Shown one piece after another: positions 10,071 through 19,518 of a stretch of 64,000 nt of DNA. Source of the stretch: an uncultured Solirubrobacterales bacterium. Lineage in GTDB: Bacteria; Actinomycetota; Thermoleophilia; Solirubrobacterales; 70-9. Position numbers and translations under genes: made by a program. The notes under the pieces were generated by a model. That model saw only the letters and a program-made list of their open reading frames with translations. It searched no databases and had not been told where the DNA came from. The stretch is taken from positions 27,524 through 91,523 of the forward strand of contig CAWHFY010000017.1 of the NCBI GenBank assembly GCA_963828755.1, written 5' to 3'. The first letter of the stretch is position 1. The number at the start of each line of letters is the position of its first letter.

Positions 10071-11018
10071 ATGGAAAGCGCGACGACAACGACGCCCCCC
10101 GTGGACGCTGGGATCGAGGCGGGCATCGGCACCCGCTCGCGGCTTGGCGAGAGCTCGTTCGCCGGGACGGTCCGCGACTACGTCACGCTCACCAAGCCGC
10201 GGATCATCTCGCTGCTGCTGCTGACCACCGTGGCGACGATGATCGTCGCCAAGGGCGGTTTCCCCGAGGTCTCGACGATGCTGTGGACGATGCTCGGCGG
10301 TTACCTGGCCGCCGGCGGCGCCGGGGCGATCAACCACTACATCGATCGCGACCGCGACGCGCGCATGGCCCGCACCCGCAGCCGGCCACTGGTCGCCGGC
10401 CGGATCGAGCCGCTGCACGGGCTCGCCTTCGGGATCGTGCTCGGGGCGCTCGCGGTGGTCGAGCTGGCCCTGACCGTCAACGTGCTGTCCGCGGTGCTCG
10501 CGCTCACCGGGCTGCTCGGCTACGTGCTCGTCTACACGATCTGGCTGAAGCCGATGACGCCGCAGAACATCGTGATCGGGGGCGCCGCCGGCGCCGTCCC
10601 GCCGCTGGTCGGCTGGGCCGCGGCAACCGGCGGCCTCGCCCCGGAGGCGCTCTACCCGTTCGGGATCGTCTTCCTCTGGACCCCACCCCACTTCTGGGCC
10701 CTCTCGCTGTTGATCAAGGACGACTACGCGCGCACCGGAGTGCCGATGCTGCCGGTCGTCAAGGGCGAGGCGGTCACCAGGCGCCAGATCCTCATCTACA
10801 CGCTGGTCCTGGTCGCGTTCACGCTGCTGCCGGTCGCCACCGGCTTCCTCGGTGCGATTTACGCGGTCGCCGCGGTCGTCCTCGGCGCCGGGTTCATCGC
10901 GCTCGCAGTGCGCCTGCTGCGCGACCGCAGCCGCGCGGCCGCGCTGCGCCTCTATCTGTCCTCCCTCGCCTACCTGGCGCTGCTGTTCTGCGCGATGGCC
11001 GCGGACCGGGTCGTCTGA
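10071..11018 (+). CDS. ctaB: protoheme IX farnesyltransferase (heme O synthase), UbiA family
   Basis: TLTKPRIISLLLLTT, GAINHYIDRDRDARMARTRSRPL, FLWTPPHFWAL. The ATG at 10071 overlaps a TGA in the neighbouring frame (TGATG). Confidence 0.85.
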   Translation: MESATTTTPPVDAGIEAGIGTRSRLGESSFAGTVRDYVTLTKPRIISLLLLTTVATMIVAKGGFPEVSTMLWTMLGGYLAAGGAGAINHYIDRDRDARMARTRSRPLVAGRIEPLHGLAFGIVLGALAVVELALTVNVLSAVLALTGLLGYVLVYTIWLKPMTPQNIVIGGAAGAVPPLVGWAAATGGLAPEALYPFGIVFLWTPPHFWALSLLIKDDYARTGVPMLPVVKGEAVTRRQILIYTLVLVAFTLLPVATGFLGAIYAVAAVVLGAGFIALAVRLLRDRSRAAALRLYLSSLAYLALLFCAMAADRVV

Positions 11019-11033
11019 TAGAACGACCTGAAC

Positions 11034-11144
11034 GTGGACCGCACCCGCGCCACATCGACCCTCGGATCCGGCCTGATCACGGCCGCCCTGGCGCTCGTCG
11101 TCTTCGGGCTCGTGTTCGTGATCGCGATCGTCTACATCGGCTGA
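11034..11144 (+). CDS. hypothetical 36-aa single-pass membrane micro-protein
   Basis: Own translation: GTG..VDRTRATSTLGSGLITAALALVVFGLVFVIAIVYIG*. High GC3. Sits between ctaB and the next ORF. Too short for the ORF track. Confidence 0.3.
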   Translation: MDRTRATSTLGSGLITAALALVVFGLVFVIAIVYIG

Positions 11145-11145
11145 G

Positions 11146-11424
11146 ATGAGCGCCGAGAGCCGCAACGGAGAGCCGGTCGAGCTCGTTTACGTGCCCGCGT
11201 CCTCATGGCAGCCGGCGCTGATCGCGTTCGGGCTCGCCGCGGTGCTCGCCTCGCTGTTCACCTGGTGGCCCTACGGCGTTGCAGGAGCGATCGTGGCGCT
11301 GTTCGCGCTGCGCTCCTGGATCCGCGATGCGCGCCGTGACTACACCCGCCTGCCGCGCCAGCAGCGGGTCGCGACCGCGGTCATCCCCGCGGTGCCGCTG
11401 CAGCGCCCCGCCAAGAGCGACTGA
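11146..11424 (+). CDS. small membrane protein (two predicted TM helices), function unknown
   Basis: 92-aa ORF, ..WQPALIAFGLAAVLASLFTWWPYGVAGAIVALFALRSW... Starts 1 nt after the micro-ORF stop. Confidence 0.55.
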   Translation: MSAESRNGEPVELVYVPASSWQPALIAFGLAAVLASLFTWWPYGVAGAIVALFALRSWIRDARRDYTRLPRQQRVATAVIPAVPLQRPAKSD

Positions 11425-11666
11425 GCGCGCTCGCGCGGCGCATCCGGGTGGCGGTAGGCGCGCGCTGACAGCGCCGTCCACTAGTGGGCGCCCGCCCGGT
11501 GCGGAGACCCGGTCGCTCAGGTCGGATGCGGGCGTCGCGAGTGTCGCCTCAGGCACGGTTCCCGGGCCTCAGACGACTTCGGCCGTGCCACACGATGGTG
11601 TCGCACGCTGTGAAGTGAGCTCGCGACGCGTTCGCGCCGCTCAGCGTGCGACCGAGGGCTGCGCGG

Positions 11667-12100
11667 CCGCGCGGCCTCAGGCCGCGCTCTGCTCGGCGTC
11701 CGGGGAGGTCGTGCTGGCCGTCGCGCCTTCGGTGGTCCAGACGCGAACGATGTCGCGCATCGAGAGCACGCCGACCAGCCTCGCCGCCGTCGACGATGAC
11801 CAGGTGGCGGATGTGGCGCCGCGACATCTCGACGGCGGCCCGTTCGAGGCTCCAGTCAGGCGCCGCGGAGATCACCGTGTCCGTCATGTGGTCGCCGACC
11901 CGCTCCGAGTCTGGGTCCTGGCCGTGGCCCAGCGAGTTGAGGATGTCGCGCTCCGAGACCATCCCCGGGCCCGGCAGCTCCTCGTCGATCACGACCGCCG
12001 CCCCGACGCCCTTCTCGGTCATCAGCCGTGCCGCCTCGCGCAGGCTGTGACCCGGCCCGACGGTCAGTACGACGCTCGACATCCCCTCGCGGACTTCCAT
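11667..12100 (-). pseudogene. CBS-pair domain protein, 1-nt insertion near 11779
   Basis: ..VVIDEELPGPGMVSERDILNS..RHIRHLVIVDGGE, then in the next frame LVGVLSMRDIVRVWTTEGATAS..SAA* (stop at 11667). Confidence 0.8.
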
Positions 12101-12211
12101 CTTTGCCCGTTCCTCAGCTCTCTCGGCAGCTAGTGCAGATCGGCTCGAACCCTAGCCGATGTGCGGCGCGCGTGGTGCGGGTCGAGCCTCCCGGATAGAT
12201 AGGATTGCGCT

Positions 12212-12928
12212 GTGCGTTCTCCTCTTGCCCGCAGTCGCCGGCGGATTGCCCCCAGCCGCCTCGGAGTCGCCGCTGCCGCGATCGCCGCGGCCGCGCTCGT
12301 GGCCGGCTGCGACGCGACCGAGGACGCCAACGTCGACCGCGGCCGCGCCCTGTTCCAGCAGAACTGCGGCACCTGCCACGCGCTCGCCCAGGCGGGCACC
12401 AGCGCGAACATCGGCCCTGACCTCGACGCCGCGTTCGCCCAGGCCCGCGCCGACGGGATGGACAACGACACGATCGAGGGCGTCGTCCAAACCCAGATCG
12501 AGTCGCCGCGCTATGAGCGAAAGGCCGCCCAGGACTTCGACCGCGTCTATATGCCGGCCGAGATCGTCACCGGCCAGGATGCCGAGGACGTCGCGACCTA
12601 CGTCGGCAGCGTCGCCGGCGTGCCCGGCGCGAAGCCGCCGCCCCTCGGTACGCCCGATCAGGTGTTCGCGGAGAAGTGCAGCCAGTGCCACGGCCTCGAG
12701 GCCGGCACGGGCAGCGGCGTCGGCCCAAACCTCGGCGACGACCTGGTCGGCAAGGACGCCGCCTACATCAAGCAGTCGATCATCGACCCGAACGCGGTCA
12801 TCGCGCAGGGCTACCCCTCCGGCGTGATGCCGCAGGACTTCGAGCAGCAGATCCCGGGCAAGGACCTGGACGCGCTGGTCCAGTACATCCTGGATCAGGT
12901 CAACCAGGGCGCCGCCAAGGGCGGCTGA
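12212..12928 (+). CDS. dihaem c-type cytochrome, probable lipoprotein
   Basis: Two CxxCH motifs (CGTCH, CSQCH). Lipobox LVAGC after a basic/hydrophobic leader. Confidence 0.85.
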   Translation: MRSPLARSRRRIAPSRLGVAAAAIAAAALVAGCDATEDANVDRGRALFQQNCGTCHALAQAGTSANIGPDLDAAFAQARADGMDNDTIEGVVQTQIESPRYERKAAQDFDRVYMPAEIVTGQDAEDVATYVGSVAGVPGAKPPPLGTPDQVFAEKCSQCHGLEAGTGSGVGPNLGDDLVGKDAAYIKQSIIDPNAVIAQGYPSGVMPQDFEQQIPGKDLDALVQYILDQVNQGAAKGG

Positions 12929-12935
12929 GCGCTCC

Positions 12936-13136
12936 TCAGGGGCCCTGGCGCCGCCTGCGGCTGAACCAGACTCCGATCCCGATCCCGACCTCGAAGCCGA
13001 GTACCAGCGCCGCCCAGCCGGGTCCGGCGATCACGCTCACCACCAGCACCGGCAACAGCGCGAGGCCAACGCCCACCACGACCTTGAACATCGCCTGCTC
13101 GGAGGGCAGCGGGTTGTTGGGGGCGTCATCGGTCAT
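12936..13136 (-). CDS. small hydrophobic protein, function unknown
   Basis: 66-aa ORF with two hydrophobic stretches and a basic C-terminus. No recognisable family. Confidence 0.4.
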   Translation of the reverse strand: MTDDAPNNPLPSEQAMFKVVVGVGLALLPVLVVSVIAGPGWAALVLGFEVGIGIGVWFSRRRRQGP

Positions 13137-13246
13137 CGGTCCAGAGCCGGGACGCTACCGCCCCGTTGGCGCCCGGCGCCGATAGGTTGCCTCCCACGAC
13201 ACCGGCGACGCGGCGGCCGGCCTGGCGCTCGCGCCGGGCCGCCGGC

Positions 13247-15265
13247 TTAGCGCTTTCGCTTGCGCTTCAACTTAACCTTCGTCGTTTCCGTGTTGGACAG
13301 GCCACCGGTCGGGGTGAAGGTGATCTTCGGCTTCACCTTCGCCTTGCCCTTCTTCTTCAGCTGCTTCTTCGCCTTGCCCTTGGCCACGACCTTGAGCTTG
13401 AAGGTCCCGGCGGCGCTGACCGGCTTTGACGCCCCGGACCGCGCGTGCGCCGGACGCTGTGGCTTGAGGCTCTTGCCGCTGAGCGCGAGCTCGCCCGCAC
13501 CCGGGACCGTGACCTGGATCGTCGCCGTGCCCTTCTTCTTGTTCAGCTTCTTCTTGCCGATCGTGAAGTTGTTCGGCGGGCAGCCGTCGGTCGTGTTTAG
13601 GTCGGGGGTCGTCGGGCAGGCATCCTGAGCATCGGCGATCCCGTCATGGTCGGTGTCCGCGCAGCCGGGAACCTTGAAGTTGCCGATCGCGGTCTTCCAG
13701 CTGTTGAGCGAGGTGGTGCTGTAGTACTGATTCGTGTACCAGAAGGTGCAGTCGTCGGCGGGGTCTACGGTCATCGAGCTGTAGTCGCCCCAGCGGTCGC
13801 CGAGGCTCGTCTGCGAGCCGCCGCCGGCCTTCATCACCTGTTCCGCACCGAGCGTTCCGGCGGGATCGCCGGGCGCACGGGTCGCGTAGCGGATACTCGG
13901 GAACGCCGTGCTGCTGGAGGCCGAGTAGCCGAGCGCAAGGTCGCCCTGGACGTCGAGGGCGGTGCTGCCCATGAATCGGTTCAGGCCACTGCCCGGGTCG
14001 TAGGTCCCCTCCTGGAACAGGCTCCACGCGGCGCCCGTATTGCGCAGCTCGAACCAGCGGGGAGCCGCGCCCGGCGATGCGCTGCCGCCGCCGACGGTGA
14101 AGTTGCCGACCAGCGCCTGGTGGTCGCCGAACCGGCGGTAGGCGAGTCGCTGCATCGGCCACTCGCTCACCGCGTCGACCTTCTCCGCCGTTCCCGCCTG
14201 CGGGATGCAGCTGAGGTTGAAGAAGCCGCAGACGGTGTATGTGAACGGCGCCACGTCGAAGCTGCCGGCCGACGTGAACGTGCTCGACGCCGGCGTGGCG
14301 AAGTTCGGGCTGAACGCGAACAGCTCGATCCGATCGGTCGGCACTCCGTGGTCGGGGAAGCTGCTGTCCTTGAACGTGTAGAAGAGGCCGGGGTCGCCGG
14401 ACCCGGGAGTCCGCGGCCCGTCGACGTCGGCCGGAAGCAGCAGGTTGGTCTGGCCCGGGAAGCGAACACCCGACGCGGTCGGGTCGCCGGCGAGCATCTT
14501 CGCCCGATCGAACGCATAGGCCGTGTAGGTCGACTCGTTGTCGGACACGTAGTAGCCGTTCGGCCACACGCCGACCTTGAAGTAGTCGGGGAGCTCGGGC
14601 GTGCTGAAGGCGTAGGTGAAATAGGCCCCGGTCGGGTCCGGAGTCTGCGAGATCGCGAAGCAGAGGAAGAAGGGGCCGCCACCCCCGTTGAGGACGAACT
14701 GCGCCAGCAGCCAGCGGTCCGCGATCGAGTCGTAGAGGACCTGCGGATCCCCGTCGTTGCTCGTGCTGCAGGAGCCGCTAGAGAACAGCGTCGAGAGGTC
14801 GAAGGCGGGCTCGAGCAGCGTGCCGGCCTTGTTGTAGATCGCGACCTTGGTTGCGTTGACCACCTGGACGTAGTGGTTGGGTCCGACGTCACCCGTCGTG
14901 TCGGGCGGCGAGCAGGTACCGCAGGCGAACGGGTTCGAGCTGCCGTCGAAGACGGCGCTCGGCGCCGGCGTGCGGGCGGTCGCGGATCCGCGAGCGGCGA
15001 GCGGGTCCGACGGGCTCGAAGCGCCCTCCCCCGTGCCGCGCGTTCCGGGCCTCGGTGACGAGCCGAGCGGGTTGAGGCGGGCAGCGCCGCCGCTCGAGTC
15101 AGACGACGCCGACGGGCCGAGGTCCGCAACCGCCGGGCTGACGCCGAAGTCCTGCAGCTCGACTCCCTGCGCCGCCGCGGCCGAGGCAGTGGAGGCCGTC
15201 AGGGAGAAGGCGAGTGCGGCGACAACGCCGACGACGCAAGTCACCCGGAACCTGGACAAGCTCAT
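13247..15265 (-). CDS. large secreted protein of unknown function with a thrombospondin-type-3-like Asp-rich motif and a Lys-rich C-terminal module
   Basis: Signal peptide (VVGVVAALAFSLTASTASA), CADTDHDGIADAQDACP motif. The tail reads KKKLNKKKGTATIQVTVPGAGELALSGK...KLKRKRKR. Confidence 0.7.
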   Translation of the reverse strand: MSLSRFRVTCVVGVVAALAFSLTASTASAAAAQGVELQDFGVSPAVADLGPSASSDSSGGAARLNPLGSSPRPGTRGTGEGASSPSDPLAARGSATARTPAPSAVFDGSSNPFACGTCSPPDTTGDVGPNHYVQVVNATKVAIYNKAGTLLEPAFDLSTLFSSGSCSTSNDGDPQVLYDSIADRWLLAQFVLNGGGGPFFLCFAISQTPDPTGAYFTYAFSTPELPDYFKVGVWPNGYYVSDNESTYTAYAFDRAKMLAGDPTASGVRFPGQTNLLLPADVDGPRTPGSGDPGLFYTFKDSSFPDHGVPTDRIELFAFSPNFATPASSTFTSAGSFDVAPFTYTVCGFFNLSCIPQAGTAEKVDAVSEWPMQRLAYRRFGDHQALVGNFTVGGGSASPGAAPRWFELRNTGAAWSLFQEGTYDPGSGLNRFMGSTALDVQGDLALGYSASSSTAFPSIRYATRAPGDPAGTLGAEQVMKAGGGSQTSLGDRWGDYSSMTVDPADDCTFWYTNQYYSTTSLNSWKTAIGNFKVPGCADTDHDGIADAQDACPTTPDLNTTDGCPPNNFTIGKKKLNKKKGTATIQVTVPGAGELALSGKSLKPQRPAHARSGASKPVSAAGTFKLKVVAKGKAKKQLKKKGKAKVKPKITFTPTGGLSNTETTKVKLKRKRKR

Positions 15266-15471
15266 CCCTCCAACTCCGCTGACGTTCGACGGCCGGACAC
15301 TCGCACACAGCCGTTCGGCGTGTCAAGTCAGGCCGCCAGTGCCTCGGGCGCGTGGACTCGACTACTCCCACCCTCCCTACGGGTCGGGTAGGTCGGTGGT
15401 GCCCGCCGTCAAGCTGTGGGGCACCGACTTGCCTGCCTGATGGGGAGGTGCGGCCCCCAGCGCGACGCCTA

Positions 15472-16611
15472 CTAACCGTTGACGACCGACTCGAAGGCCT
15501 GTGTAATCCGCTGCTCCTCATTGCCCGAGATTGGCGGCGCCGAGTCGCACTTCGCGGTGAACTGCTCGTCGGGGAAGATCAGCTGGTTCTTGGCGATGCT
15601 CGGGTCGTCCTTGAGCAGGACCTCCTTGGTGCCCGCGACCGGTGAGACGTAGTTGACGTAGGACTCGATCTGCGCCTGGTTCTTGGGGTCGTAGACGTAG
15701 TTCATGAACGCCTCGGCGGCGACCGGGTTCGGGGCGCCGATCGGGATCACCATGTTGTCGGACCAGAGCATGCAGCCCTCCTCCGGCATCCGGAACTCGA
15801 TGTTCGGGTCGTCGGCCTGCAGCTGGACCGCGTCGCCCGACCAGCCGATCACCGCGACCGCGTCGCCCGAGGTCACGTCGCGCGCGTAGTCGTTGCCGGT
15901 GAAGCGGCGGATCTGGCCCGAGTCGGCTGCGTCGGAGATCTTCTGGATCGCGTCGAGCCAGTCCTGCTCGCTCGCCTGGCTGAGGTCGACGCCCATGCAC
16001 TTCATGACCAGCGGCACGGTGTCGCGCATCTCGGTCAGCATCTCGACCTTGCCCGCGTACTGGGAGTCGAACAGGTCGCAGATCGAGGTCACGTCCGGCG
16101 CCAGGTCCTTGCGCACCACCAGCCCCGTCATCCCCGTCTGCCACGGCATCGAGTAGTCGCGGTTGACGTCGAACGGCGGGTTCTGGAGGCTCGGCACCAA
16201 GTTCTCGAGGTTGTTCGGCATCGCCGACTTGTCGAAGTTCTGCAGGTAGCCGAGCTCGTGCATCTTGTTCGCCATCCAGTCGGTGACGACGAAGATCGAG
16301 CGCCCACCGGACTCGCCCTGGTCGAGCTGCGGCTGCACCTTGCCGAAGAACTCGGCGTTGTCGTTGACGTCCTCGATGTACTTGACCGTGACCCCGGTCT
16401 CGTCCTCGAAGTCGGCGATCGTCTCCTTGTCGATGTAGAGCGGCCAGTTCGAGATCACCAGCTCACCCGACGGCTTGCCGGAGGCGTCGACGGTCGGGGC
16501 GCCGGACGTCGCGCCGCCGCCGCTGTCGTCGCTGCTGTCGTCGCTGCCACAGGCCGTGATCGCTAGCGTCGCCACCAGCGCCGCGAGCGCGAAGCCAATC
16601 CGCATCGCCAT
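15472..16611 (-). CDS. polyamine (spermidine/putrescine)-type ABC transporter substrate-binding lipoprotein
   Basis: PotD/PotF-like sequence (ISNWPLYIDKETIADFEDETGVTVKY..). Likely start MAMRIGF.. with lipobox ITAC. The ORF track extends to 16698. Confidence 0.75.
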   Translation of the reverse strand: MAMRIGFALAALVATLAITACGSDDSSDDSGGGATSGAPTVDASGKPSGELVISNWPLYIDKETIADFEDETGVTVKYIEDVNDNAEFFGKVQPQLDQGESGGRSIFVVTDWMANKMHELGYLQNFDKSAMPNNLENLVPSLQNPPFDVNRDYSMPWQTGMTGLVVRKDLAPDVTSICDLFDSQYAGKVEMLTEMRDTVPLVMKCMGVDLSQASEQDWLDAIQKISDAADSGQIRRFTGNDYARDVTSGDAVAVIGWSGDAVQLQADDPNIEFRMPEEGCMLWSDNMVIPIGAPNPVAAEAFMNYVYDPKNQAQIESYVNYVSPVAGTKEVLLKDDPSIAKNQLIFPDEQFTAKCDSAPPISGNEEQRITQAFESVVNG

Positions 16612-16854
16612 CCCTCTCCCGCTCCTTCCGTTACCCGGTCTGCCTCTCAGAGAGGCTCCTCGCCTGCGGGCCTGAAGCGGCCGCTGACCCTTGCGCATCG
16701 CTTGAGGCTAGCCCACGCCCGCACCGCGGGGCCCCTGCAGCTCGCCCACCCAACCAAACCGGCCCCGCGGTGGTCCTCTTTCGGGCTGTTCAAACGTCCT
16801 CCCTCGGCGACACGGTACCGCTTTGCATGGAAAGCGAACCGATCTACTTCGGCT

Positions 16855-18021
16855 TCACTTCGACAGCTTCAGCTTGCTGACCAACCCGCCGTGGTCGGAA
16901 GCGACGACGCCGCCGGCCCCGGTCACGGACGGATCATCACCGGTGACGTATGCACTGATCTGATTTACCTCTGGCTTGACGAGCACGTGGTCGACCGTGT
17001 GATCGAAGCGGTAGGAGCCGATCGCCGACTGGAACACATCGGGGTAGCAGCAGGTCTGCCGCGTTCCCAGGTTCGTCATCCCGAAGTCGCCGGTGAGGGC
17101 GTTATACGCACCCTCGTCCCCGGGGGTGGTGAACCCGGTGCCAACCCTGTCCAACGGCCCGCCCGAGTTGATGTCGCCGACCAGGATCAGCTGCTCCTGC
17201 GTCTGCAGCGGCCCGCCCGGTGCGAACAGCTCACGCGCCTGTGACTCGCGGATCGACGGTGCGCCAAATGCCTCGAGGTGGGTGTTGACGAAATGGAATG
17301 TCGACTTCTTCATCTGGGCGTCGACCGACACCCAGCCGCGCTTGACGTCGACGGGGATCACCCCGCCGAGAATCACGTGGTAGAGGTTTTGGAACTGCCC
17401 CCTCTGCGGGTTGGAGACCACAATGTCGCTTTGATCGCGGACGAGGATCACGTCACGCATCGTCAAGCGGCCGTCCTCGTCGGCCCCGCAGATGAACTCG
17501 TTGGTCGCGTCGCTTCCGTCGCGATCGGCAGGTAGCTCCTGGTCGAACTCGTCCTGACTCACCGCGACGGAGTAGTCGGCGCGGTTGGCCTCGAGCTGAT
17601 CCTGAAGCAGCTGCAAGAAGTCGTAACGGATCGCCGTCGCGGGGGTCGCCGTAAAGTCGGAGCGCTCCTGGTATCTCCAGAGCGCGACCTCTTGAAGCCC
17701 GACCAGATCAGGCTTCGCCTTCGCGATCTCGGCCGCGAGAAGCTTCGCCCTCTCGGGAAAATTGGATGCATCAACATCATTGAGGATCTTGCCGCCGGCG
17801 TCGATTGCGCCGCAAGTGTTGGGCGCGTTGATCGCCGGACTGAGATCCGCTCCCAAGTAAAGGTTCCGGGACATCACCGTGACCGTCGAGCCGTTCGGCG
17901 GTGCCGGGGTTTGAGCCGCGCCGCCCGCCGAGGGCGCCAGCAGGCCGAGAACGACCAGTCCGAGCGAGGCCAGCAGGATGGTTGGCCGGCGCGGCACGCT
18001 CACACCAGTCCGATCGGTCAA
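16855..18021 (-). CDS. secreted endonuclease/exonuclease/phosphatase (EEP) family protein
   Basis: Signal peptide, VMSRNLYLG, DLVGLQEV, VNTHLEA, LVGDINS, SDHGGL motifs. Confidence 0.8.
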   Translation of the reverse strand: MTDRTGVSVPRRPTILLASLGLVVLGLLAPSAGGAAQTPAPPNGSTVTVMSRNLYLGADLSPAINAPNTCGAIDAGGKILNDVDASNFPERAKLLAAEIAKAKPDLVGLQEVALWRYQERSDFTATPATAIRYDFLQLLQDQLEANRADYSVAVSQDEFDQELPADRDGSDATNEFICGADEDGRLTMRDVILVRDQSDIVVSNPQRGQFQNLYHVILGGVIPVDVKRGWVSVDAQMKKSTFHFVNTHLEAFGAPSIRESQARELFAPGGPLQTQEQLILVGDINSGGPLDRVGTGFTTPGDEGAYNALTGDFGMTNLGTRQTCCYPDVFQSAIGSYRFDHTVDHVLVKPEVNQISAYVTGDDPSVTGAGGVVASDHGGLVSKLKLSK

Positions 18022-18135
18022 GGGATTCTCCTCTGATCTGGGTACCGGGGCGGCTTCCCGGCCGCCCCTGGAGAGGACCCTAACGATTCATCACGTTTCA
18101 GCGGCTGGCGCCGCGCCTCGCGGCGAAGAGTCTCC

Positions 18136-18735
18136 TCAGAGTCCGGCCCGAAACGAGACGTTGCTGAGACTCAAGAAGCTCTCTCCGCCTCCGAAGACAA
18201 CTCCGACCTGACCGTCTGGAGTCACCTGGAGATTGGTGGCATCGCCCCCACCTCCGTAGACGATGAAGTAGACGAACTCCGCGGGCCGGTAACCGGGAGG
18301 CAGTGTGAACACGAAGGCCGCGGAAGGGCCCGAGTGAGAGGCGCTTCCCTGAAGGTGGACGATTCCGTAAGCGTCCTTGTAGAACGAGAGGCGCTCATCC
18401 ACCGAGGCGGTCGGCTCCGTCCATCCATTGGTGTACGGCTCCCCGGGCCCGCCGACCACGTGGGCTGCCTCGAGGCCTGATGGGGCGAACGCATCGGGCC
18501 CTTGGCCTTGGAGGGTGTTCGCGTTCGCGGCGTCGGGCACGGTCTCCAGGCTTGACTCTCTGACCTGCTTGCCGGTGACGGTGTCTGTCTTCAGGCGGTT
18601 TCCGGGCTCAGAGCCCTTCTTTATCTGCTTGCCGTTGATCTGGTTTGCTGCATAAACGGTGCCACCGAGGGCAACGCACAGCGCGAGCAGCGCTACGAGC
18701 ATCGCGGGCGACGGCAGCCGGACTAGCTTCGACAT
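18136..18735 (-). CDS. secreted/membrane-anchored hypothetical protein
   Basis: 199-aa ORF with an N-terminal hydrophobic anchor (MLVALLALCVALGG). No recognised domain. Lower GC than surroundings. Confidence 0.6.
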   Translation of the reverse strand: MSKLVRLPSPAMLVALLALCVALGGTVYAANQINGKQIKKGSEPGNRLKTDTVTGKQVRESSLETVPDAANANTLQGQGPDAFAPSGLEAAHVVGGPGEPYTNGWTEPTASVDERLSFYKDAYGIVHLQGSASHSGPSAAFVFTLPPGYRPAEFVYFIVYGGGGDATNLQVTPDGQVGVVFGGGESFLSLSNVSFRAGL

Positions 18736-19008
18736 CGAAACCCTCCTTCACCTGGGACGGGTGCGGCTAGCTCAACGGAAGAACCCGATCTCTCAACCCT
18801 ATGCGAGTGCACTGCGGCCGTAAAGCCTTATCGCCGCTGTCTTGTCGCCGCAACGCTTCAAGCCGGTCGCGTGTGCTCATGGAATCGAATCCTCGCGCAC
18901 CTTGGCCGAGCGGAGTAGGCGATGTCGCAGGAGAGGCGGCGAATTGACCGGCTGTGCGGCCCCGGATAGGGTCGGCTCACCTCCACCACTCGGAAAGAGA
19001 GGGCCTAC

Positions 19009-19446
19009 ATGCGCAAGGTCATCCTGGCCGCAGGTCTCGCGGCGCTCGGCTCCGCCGCGCTCGCCGTCCCGGCCTTCGGCTCGTTCGATCACCACTTCAC
19101 GGTTTTCGAAAACGCGCGCTTCCACATACTGTCGAACGAGCGCGTATTCACGATCAGGGGAGGGCTCTACGATCCACTCAATCACGACGACCGGGTCGGT
19201 AGTGACCATGCTCGGTGCCAGATCCGGCCACACGAGACGTTGAGGTGTCGGGGGGTCATTCACCTCAACGGTGAGATCGGTGGCTCTGGCGACATCAAGT
19301 ACCGGGGCAACGTTTCCCCCCACGACTCCAGGCTCAACGTCACCGGCGGCTCCGGCGACTTCAATGGGGTCGCCGGAAAGTGGGTGTTCGAAAACCTGAA
19401 CGAGTCCGGAACGAAGTCGCTGGATAGGTTCTCCCTCGTCCGCTGA
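19009..19446 (+). CDS. small secreted hypothetical protein
   Basis: 145-aa ORF with a signal peptide (AAGLAALGSAALAVPAFG). The ending GGSGDFNGVAGKWVFE.. is faintly dirigent/AOC-barrel-like. Lower GC. Confidence 0.6.
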   Translation: MRKVILAAGLAALGSAALAVPAFGSFDHHFTVFENARFHILSNERVFTIRGGLYDPLNHDDRVGSDHARCQIRPHETLRCRGVIHLNGEIGGSGDIKYRGNVSPHDSRLNVTGGSGDFNGVAGKWVFENLNESGTKSLDRFSLVR

Positions 19447-19518
19447 CGGAGTGACATAGAGGCCGAGCGACGGCACAGGGCGGGGCTCGAAACCTTCGCG
19501 CAACCCTGGCCGGGCGGA

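Noticed and set aside
11425-11666. A 240-nt non-coding gap between convergent genes with several GC hairpins (for example ggcacgg..ccgtgcc at 11551-11588), considered as a possible small RNA.
   Set aside because: I found no recognisable motif of a known RNA family. GC-rich hairpins are frequent by chance at this composition.
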